Part shown: positions 7,678-15,800 of the stretch, in pieces
Numbering within the stretch: the first letter of the stretch is position 1
Layout of the letters: each line of letters begins with the position of its first letter
DNA from: an uncultured Clostridia bacterium
GTDB lineage: Bacteria > Bacillota > Clostridia > Oscillospirales > Ruminococcaceae
Length of the DNA stretch: 16,480 nucleotides
NCBI GenBank assembly: GCA_947624425.1
Contig: CANQKG010000009.1
Coordinates: 1-16,480 of the forward strand
Reading direction: 5' to 3'
Program-made: the position numbers and the translations under genes
The notes under the pieces: generated by a model
Database searches by the model: none
Seen by the model: the letters and a program-made list of their open reading frames with translations, nothing else
Told to the model about the DNA's origin: nothing

Positions 7678-8869
7678 CAGTCTGAAACGAATTTGGAACT
7701 CATGCGATCGGTTCTTAGACGTCTTTCTGCTGCACCTTATTGTGGTGCAGGGGGTTTACTTTTCCGTTTCGTTTTTCAACACCCGTTTCGATCTCGTCAC
7801 GACGGAATTGGGTTTTAACGGAAAACTTCTGTCGGTCACCTGTCTTATTCTTATGCCGCTGGTGTTTTACTCGCTGGTGCGAATGTCGGTGATCTACAGC
7901 GAACCGCTGATGGCACGGTTTTTTAAAGTGCCGGAGGAGGAGTGGGGCTTCCGAAAAAAGCTCGGTTTTTTGTTCCGGCAAAAAGCTTTCTGGTTCGCAA
8001 CTGCCGTCTGGGTCGCTTTGTATCTTCTTCTGCCGCTCAAATGGACTTATGCCGTACTGCTGGACACCTTCCTCAACGGGCAGGACAGCATGGCAGGAAA
8101 GCTGCATCTTCTGACAGTGCTGTTTCCGCTGTTCTTCCTGCTTGCAATCGCCGCGTATTTTGCCGCATTTCGCTATTGGACTACCTATAAAACGGGAAAA
8201 TCATCCCTGCGTTATGTGGGCGAAACGATGCAAAAGGCTTATAGAAGAATGATAGTATCGGTGGTTGTCGTTTATGCGGTGGTCGCAATGTTCGTATGTA
8301 TGCTGTTACCGGTTTTTTTGTCTATGCTGCTGCCGATCGTCTGGACGCTGATCTGGCCCGACGGGATTATTGCACTTGCGATAGGTATTGCGGTGGCGGC
8401 ACTGCTCTTTCGGCTGCAGGGACTTATAAAGCGCCGGAAGTTCTTAAAGCGGTTGAAGCGAATGGAGCGGGATCATCTCTGCGAGGTGACCGAGATCAAC
8501 CGCCCTTACCGTTCTGTTTTTGCACTTTATGACGGAGAGAGCTTTCGTGTAAAGCGAAACGGGAAAGAATACGCCTGTAAGCTGGTGAGCGCCCTTAGAA
8601 AAAGTCGACCGATGGTGATCCATGAAAACGGGGTCTACGAATTGATTCGCAGTAAATTTGTCCCACCCGGACAGCGTGGGTATGACTTTGGGTTTGATGC
8701 CGACTGCCAAAAGGTTTTGATTTTAAACCCGACCCCAAAGCTCATTTTTGACAGCAGAATGCGCCAGCTTGATAATGGGGACACCGTTGGCGGATATAAG
8801 ATCTACACCGGCACGGCGTTTCTAAACGCCCTTGAGCGCGACTGCATCGACCGCAGCTTAAACCGATAA
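7667..8869 (+). CDS. Uncharacterized 7-TM membrane protein with a roughly 140-aa cytoplasmic C-terminal domain
   Basis: 400 aa. The ATG overlaps the previous stop by 11 nt (translational coupling). There are about seven hydrophobic segments. A basic juxtamembrane stretch KRRKFLKRLKRMERD is followed by a soluble C-terminal domain with no recognizable family. Confidence 0.6.
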   Translation: MNFDSLKRIWNSCDRFLDVFLLHLIVVQGVYFSVSFFNTRFDLVTTELGFNGKLLSVTCLILMPLVFYSLVRMSVIYSEPLMARFFKVPEEEWGFRKKLGFLFRQKAFWFATAVWVALYLLLPLKWTYAVLLDTFLNGQDSMAGKLHLLTVLFPLFFLLAIAAYFAAFRYWTTYKTGKSSLRYVGETMQKAYRRMIVSVVVVYAVVAMFVCMLLPVFLSMLLPIVWTLIWPDGIIALAIGIAVAALLFRLQGLIKRRKFLKRLKRMERDHLCEVTEINRPYRSVFALYDGESFRVKRNGKEYACKLVSALRKSRPMVIHENGVYELIRSKFVPPGQRGYDFGFDADCQKVLILNPTPKLIFDSRMRQLDNGDTVGGYKIYTGTAFLNALERDCIDRSLNR

Positions 8870-8875
8870 ACGCGA

Positions 8876-8906
8876 ACGCCGCAGATCACTCTGCGGCGTC
8901 ATTTTT
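8876..8906. terminator. Bidirectional rho-independent terminator between the convergent membrane-protein and MscS genes
   Basis: acgccgcag (8876-8884) pairs with ctgcggcgt (8891-8899) around a 6-nt loop, followed by catttttcat on the + strand. The MscS stop codon sits in the loop on the other strand. Confidence 0.6.
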
Positions 8907-9704
8907 CATATGTACGTCAATTTGCGGGAACGGGATCTCGATCCCGGCGGCGGTCACGGCGGCCAAAGCGTCCTCGTACAATCGGGTGCGCGCGTCAAAA
9001 AAGCACTCGCTTGCCGCAAAGGCGCGGAACATCAGCAGAATGCCGGAGCTTTCATATGCCTTAATAAATACCATCGGCGCCGGTTCGGAGAGGATCAGCG
9101 GATTTTCCTCGGCACAGGCAAGAAGCGTTTTTCTGGTAAGCGCAATGTCGGTGCCGTATGCCACCGAGATCGGAATGTCAATTCCTCGGTAGGTCTGGGC
9201 GGAGAGGTTGATTACCGTGGTGGAGGACAGCACGGAATTGGGTATGTTGATGCTCCGGTTGTCGGGGGTGATCAGCTTGGTGTAGAAGACGCCGATCTCG
9301 TCCACCGTGCCCTCATGCTCTGCCGTTGCGACATAATCTCCGGCGTGGAAGGGTTTGAAGATCATCAGCATCACGCCGCCCGCCAGATTGGAAAGCCCGC
9401 CTTGAAGCGCCAGCCCGAACGCCAGCCCGCAGGAGCTGATCACGGCGATGATGGTGGCGGACGGCACACCGAGTATCTGTATGGCAATGATAATCAGCAG
9501 CGCATTGAGCAGCACACGAACCACCTGTAAAATCAAGGCGGCGATGTTGCTGTCAAGCTTTGCAAAGGATTTTTGCTTTTGCAGCTTCCGGATCAGAGCC
9601 TTGACCAGTTTGAACCCGATCAGCAGCACAAGCGCTGCGATAACAAGATCAACGACAAACGGCGCCAGGTAGGAATTGATGAAATTGCCGAACCATTCCA
9701 GCAT
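8886..9704 (-). CDS. Mechanosensitive ion channel, MscS family
   Basis: 272 aa from ATG 9704-9702, which lies 8 nt after the RBS AAGGGAG. The track's 9722 start is a TTG. Three N-terminal TM helices, the pore-lining helix GLAFGLALQGGLSNLAGGVMLMIFKPF and a typical MscS beta-domain are present. Confidence 0.85.
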   Translation of the reverse strand: MLEWFGNFINSYLAPFVVDLVIAALVLLIGFKLVKALIRKLQKQKSFAKLDSNIAALILQVVRVLLNALLIIIAIQILGVPSATIIAVISSCGLAFGLALQGGLSNLAGGVMLMIFKPFHAGDYVATAEHEGTVDEIGVFYTKLITPDNRSINIPNSVLSSTTVINLSAQTYRGIDIPISVAYGTDIALTRKTLLACAEENPLILSEPAPMVFIKAYESSGILLMFRAFAASECFFDARTRLYEDALAAVTAAGIEIPFPQIDVHMKNDAAE

Positions 9705-9756
9705 GATCGACACTCCCTTCAAAAGCGTTTTGCGGATCGAGAATCATATCCATGTA

Positions 9757-9796
9757 GGATATATTATAGCATAAGATGTTTTACAACGCAATAAAA
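9757..9796 (-). promoter_or_regulatory. Putative extended -10 promoter for the MscS gene
   Basis: The minus strand reads TTGCGT, 17 nt, then TGcTATAAT (rc of 9763-9771). This places the TSS about 40 nt upstream of the RBS. Confidence 0.4.
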
Positions 9797-9798
9797 AC

Positions 9799-9829
9799 GC
9801 AGGGCAAAGGCTTTTGGCCTTTGCCCTGC
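9799..9829. terminator. Strong hairpin terminator for the giant minus-strand gene
   Basis: gcagggcaaaggc (9799-9811) pairs with ggcctttgccctgc (9816-9829), a 13-14-bp GC-rich stem around a tttt loop. On the minus strand it is followed by TTTTTATTG. Confidence 0.7.
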
Positions 9830-9841
9830 CGCTTTTTGATT

Positions 9842-12800
9842 TTACGCAAGGCCGACTGCTTTGCGCAGGATCAGCAAAGCGTCGCTTACGGTTATGGTAT
9901 CTTCTTCCGGTTTATCCGGATTGGCAGCCCAGAAATCGCCGTCTTTCAGTACATCCAGACCAACCGCAGCCCGCAGTGCAAGCAGCGCATCCACAACGGT
10001 GATCTCGTCATCGTAATTGACGTCGCAGAGATAACGGGTCGCCAAACCGGCAATCGCTTCTTCAAGCGCCTTGGCCATCGCGTCAACCTCGGCCTGACGG
10101 TCGGGCGTCAGATTGTAATCGATCTGATCGAGCAGCTCTTTCACAGCCTGAGCAGACGCCTTGGTGTAGCGTGTCAGATCCTGCGGAACTTTTTCGACGG
10201 CCTCATTCAACTTGGTGTAATCGGCTTTCGGCTGAATGGCGCCGCATACGGTGCAGCTGCCGTTTTCATAGGTGTGCGCGCCGTATTCTTCCTTTTCTCC
10301 GCAAGTGCATTCACGGTAGTGATGCGTTCCGTCGTTCTGCCAGCTGCCGTACAGATGCTCATGAGGAGCGGGGAGACGGTCGATCACCTGTCCGTCTGTG
10401 ATCTTCTGATCGCAGCCGAGGCAGTAAACATCGCCGGTATAACCCTCTGTTTCGGTCGTAGCCGGTTTTTCTCCCACCAGTCTTGTGCCGCCGGTGTGAT
10501 ACTCCGGATCCCGTTCGGTGTATTCAAATCCGCACACTTCGCAATGCTTGCCTCCGACACAGGATGCAGTCCCTCCGGTATGCCCGGCAAGGTCGCTTTG
10601 CTGCGTACAATCGGGATTCACACAGGCAGTCCGATGGCCGTTTGCGTCGCCGGTGACATTCCCGCTAAACTGATGCGTCATTGCCGCTTTGGTTACGGCG
10701 CCGCAATCCGGACATTTGACCTCGGTTTCACAGTTCCCGTCGTCCGCCGCATTGAGATGGCTGCATACCTGACGGTATCCGCATACGGTACAAGCACGGT
10801 AATGGGAATCGCCGTCCGTCTGATAATCGCCGAAGTTGTGTTCCTCCATGTCTTCCACGGTATTGCAGCTGCACTCATGATAGTGGTGGGTCGCGGTTTG
10901 GATCCAGTCGCCGAAGTCGTGCTGATGCGAGGGCGGCAGACATTCGATATCCGCGCCTTCCGAGATCTTTTGCTCACAGCTGAGACAGTAGACGTCGCCG
11001 GTATAACCCTTTTCGGTTTCGGTCGGCGCCTTGTAGCCGTCGGTTCTGGTCTCGCCGATATGGGTGTTCGGATCCCGTTCGGTGTATTCAAAGTCGCAGA
11101 CCTCACAATGCTTACCGCTGACGCAGGAAGCGCTGCCGCCGCTGTGTGCGACCGTTTCGCTCAACTGCCGACAGTTGAGATTGGTGCAGGCAGTGCGGTG
11201 ACCGGTTTGATCGCACTCCACGCGTCCCGAGAAATTATGCTGCTGCGCCGGTTCGATGATCGCACTGCAGTAGATGCAGGTGATAGCGGTCGCACAGTTG
11301 TAATCTTCGGGCGAATGTTCGTGGACGCCGTCCTGACGGTAATGGCAGAGCATACATTCCCGATAATGGGCGTCGCCCGCATTATGGTAGGAATCGAACT
11401 CATGCGCGACGGTTGATTCTTCCTTGATCGCGCCGCATTCGGAGCAAACGGTCCAGTGGCGCTGATCGTCATGGGCGTATTGCGTGAAGGAATGCTGATG
11501 TTCCGCTTCCAGCGGCGGAATTGTCGAGCCCTTTACCTTGACCTGCTGACAGCCGAGGCAGTACAGGTCGCCGGTATAGCCCTCCTCTTCATAAGTGGCC
11601 GGTTTCTGGAACCGAAGCTCATCGCCGCCCACATGATTGTCGGGATTGGTGGGGCCGTAGCGGGTGTGGCAAAGTCGGCATTCTGCCGCTTCGTGACAGG
11701 TCGCCGGCGTACCCTCGACATGGGCTTCCCGGCTTTCGGCGTCGCAGTCCGGATTGGTACATTCGAGTAGGTGGGTGGTCTCATCGCTGTTTCCGGGTTT
11801 CACTGCCCAGGAATGACTTTCACCGGCCGCCACCATCTCATAGTTGCAATCGAGGCAGAGGGTGGGCGTGATGCAGTTGTGGTCGCTGAGACCCACATGG
11901 TCAAACTTCTGCTGCACGTTGCAGCCCGGCTCGGTACAGTTGTGATAATGGCACTCGCTGTCGGCATGCCAATCGCTGCACCAGGTATGCTCCGGACGAG
12001 AGGGCAGCACCACATAGCCGCACACCGAGCAGGTGACTGCGTCATGGCAATTCCCCTCATATCCGTTTTCGGCGGATTTGTCGTGCGGCTGAGTGTCCGA
12101 GGGAATGCCGCATATCGTACACAGCTGGAAATGCCCTGTCTCATTGGATTGATAGCTGCCCCATTGATGATCGTGGGGGATACGGGTGTAGCCGCACACC
12201 GTGCAGGTGTCGCCTTGAAATTCATGCGGCTTTACATAAGACCCTTCCGTGTACTGGTAAGTGCAGCCCGACACATTGCAGACCGCCGCGTGGTACTGCG
12301 CTTCTTTTCCGGCAAGCGGCCGGTAGTGGAAGGGGAATGGAGAGTGGTAGGCCTGCGCCGGCTTTAACAAGGCATTACAGGACTGGCAATACAGGGCTGT
12401 TTTGCAGTCGCCGTCGTCAACGCCGAGATGCGCTTCAGTCTCCACAAAATGACAGACGCTGCATTCACGGTAGTGGTTTTGCGTATCCCACGATCTTGTC
12501 TGATAATCGCCGAATGTGTGGGGAACGGCCGGATTCATCACCTTCCGGCAGACACGGCAGATATCTTCGGTCGTACAGTCGTTGTCATCCGTCCATTTGT
12601 GATCCCCGGTTGCGGGGGTGTTCTCGTCATAGCTGTGGCCGCAGCGGGTGCATTGATAGGTGGTCACGCCGTCGGTCGCGCAGGTGGCAGATACCGTCTT
12701 CACCACCTCGTATTGGTGATCTCCGCCCAGTGCAGGTTTTTCGGTCGTGTAGGAATTGTCACAGTAGCGGCAGGTGTGGGTGATAACGCCTGCCTCGGTG

Positions 12801-15800
12801 CAGGTCGCAGGCTTTGTCACCTGAGAGGTGTAGGAATGCAGATCCTCGGATGACGGGATCTCCTGTTCCTGACGGTATTCACAGTAGCTGCAGACCCATT
12901 CCTGCAATCCGTTGTCTTTGCAGGTGGCGGGGCGAACCGTTCTCCAACCGCCCGAGTGAGCCGTGTTCGGAGTGATGGTCTGAGAAAATTCCTGCCAGCA
13001 GTCGGAGCATACCGATTTTTTCACCAGATCTACGGTGCAGTCCCCGCTGGGGGAGGTTTTATAGGACGATCCGACAAAGTGCGCGTGTGCATAAGAGGGA
13101 AGAACGCTCCGGACGGCTTCACAGTCGGCGCAGATCTCGTAGGAGATACCGTCGGCGTCGCAGGTCGACTCTTTAACAAACGGCATCCAATGGTGAGCGC
13201 CTTCGGTCGGCGTCTCGTCGCCTACCTTGACTTCCAGATAGGTGCAGTCGCTGCATTGCGAAATGGTGTAGGAGCGCCCATCACAGGATTGCTCAGCCGT
13301 AACGGTGCGAAGCGGAGTAAGATGATGCTCCGGCTGATCTTTTGCAACCGATCTTTGAAGCGGATTATAGAATCTGCTGCAGTCACGGCACCGATACATG
13401 GTGATTTCGTTTTGCTGCAGTGTGCAGGAAGATTCGATGACATAGGTGGATCTCCCGGCCAGCATACCGTGTTCACGGCGGACTTGTACCGTTCGGGAAA
13501 CGGTCGAATCGCCCTTCATCGCAGTCACCGTGTAGGTATAATAGGTACCGTATGCGGTCGATTTGTCGGGCGCGGCCAATTCAAACGGCTCGCCCGGCTG
13601 ATAGGAGACGTCTTCCGGGAGAGTGTCGCCGGACACGGTGATGGAATCCGCACCCAGTACATTCACGGACGGTGCGCCGCAGAATATGTCGGTATCTGCG
13701 CCTCTTGTCACGGTATATCTCTCCTGATTCGGAGTGATGACGATGACCGGGTCTTCGGTCACGATCTTCGGCACGACCGAGACAATACCGCTTTCGGCTT
13801 CCGCCTGTTTGACCGTCTCGGGTACAAAGGAGACATTCAGCATATCGTTGGCGCCCACGATCTCGTAATAGCTCAGAGAGAAGGTGCCGTTGTCTCCGAC
13901 CGGAATGGAACGCCCGCCGAAGGATACGACGTCGGTGGCAAATCCGGCTTTCGGCTTTACCTTGAAGGTGTGGGACTGACCCTCTTCAAAGGAGATAAAG
14001 CCTTTTTCGCCGGCGGTCGATTCACCGTCGCAGGTGACGGCGCCGTTCCCATCGGTCTTCACGATAATGTTGTGGTTCTTTTCCTTTTCGTCGGCGCTCA
14101 CCTTGGAAGCGTCGAGCGCCACCAGCTCGAAGGGGGAGAAGGAATCACAGAGGATGACCAGCCCGTACTGGGTGACGGCGAGCGGGATCTCCTCAACCGA
14201 AATGATGTCGTCGCCGTACTTGTGATCCGGATCGTTGACATGGTCGCACTGTTTGGTCGGGGAGCAGCGGGTAAAGTGATATGCTTTGAAAACAACCTCT
14301 TTGTTTGCCACGCTGGAAGCGTCATATCCGGCGGGGAAGCCAAGCTGCATTCTAAGGCTTTCGCCCTCCAGTACGACCGTCATTTTGCACAGGCGGGTGA
14401 AGTTGATTTCGTACATCGAGCTGCTCTTGATGGCGGAGCCGGAAATATTGGTGTGCTGATCGAAGGCTTCGGTGACCTCCTCGTATTTTTCACGGCTCAT
14501 GCCGTCTTCTTTGCCGATCTCCTCCACGGTCAGCATCAGACGGCCGTTCATATCGTCGATCTTCATCTGCTTCTGAAGATCGTTAAGCGTTTCTCTGGAG
14601 CCGTCCACGCCTTCAACGGCAAGCCTGGAAAGATCCAGATCGTTCGGATTATCAAGGAGAGAGGGGCGACCCCACAAAGCCCAGTCGATCCCCTGGCTGC
14701 GATAAGCCATCGGGCAAACCGAGGTGGACATCACATAGCTCCAAGAATTGGGAGCTTTATTGGAGCGGCTCCCGACCAGACCGGTGATACTGAAATCATA
14801 GAGGGTCAGATCGTCGGACCAGTTTGTACTTGCCTGGAACTGATACTCCACACCGGTCACAAAGCAGTCTTCGGGATTGTGCTGATGGCTGTCCTCACAG
14901 TCGTAGATCCATGTGACAACGCCTTCGTCCAGGACATAATCGCGGTTGCTGTCCGCCGAGATTTTTCCGACCAGATCATAGGGAACAATTTCGCCGTCCC
15001 GATCCAGCTGATAGCAGTCAAACCGAACGGTAACCGGCTCGGTCGCCGCTTTGCGGGAATCGGGCGTTTCGGGCGCTCCGGGATTCGTGATCGAAGCCGG
15101 GCTGATTTCGGACAGGGCGGGATGATACATCGAATCGTCAAATTCAATGTGGATCGTGAAGGTTTGCCTTGTATCAAGCTGTCCGGTCGGCGCCGGCGAC
15201 TGCCGATAGACGCAGGGAGCCGCTTCAAATTCCGATGCGGAATTATAAAGCATTTCGGTTTTGGAGATGATGTCCGAACCGTCGCCGTGATAGAAACCGG
15301 TCTCCGGATTTTTAGACAGGCCGTTGTTTTCCGGCGGGTTTTTCCAAGTGTCATACCCTTCCGGACGGGTGGTAGTCAGGGCAAATTCCACATACTCACA
15401 GGTTGCGGTGCAGAATTTCAGACAGGTATCGGTATCATAGAAATATTCGTTTTTGCCCAGCAGCGCCAAAGCGGCGGCGGCATAATACCAGTCTTCCATT
15501 TTGTGGGAGGTGCCGTCCGGATGCTCGTCGTACATCTTGACCAGCAGGTAGACGCCCTGCTCGGCGGCTTTTTCCATTCCCATACCGTTGTAATCGACGG
15601 TGAACTGCCCGGCGACCTCATCTTCCATCTCACCGTTGGCGGTGTATTGTACATGCAGGCCGCTCAGGCCGTCTTCAAATACTTCCTCGCCGGCATAGCT
15701 GCGCGGTTCAATGGTCGGGTAGGTAAAGCTCATATTGCCGCTGGAAACGGCGCCGGAAGGCAGCCAGTTCTGGCCGATTACCTCGGTGCCGACCAAGAGA

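Noticed and set aside
9776-11416. A 546-aa + strand ORF overlapping the repeat region
   Set aside because: It is antisense to the Cys/His-rich repeats and dockerin coding sequence. Its composition is biased (G/A/V/R-rich) and there is no start context. It is spurious.
10000-11760. Possibility that the tandem repeats are a CRISPR array or a mobile-element terminal repeat
   Set aside because: The period of about 565 bp is far longer than CRISPR repeat-spacer units. The repeats are in-frame coding sequence of one continuous ORF. No cas genes, transposase or integrase genes occur in the window.
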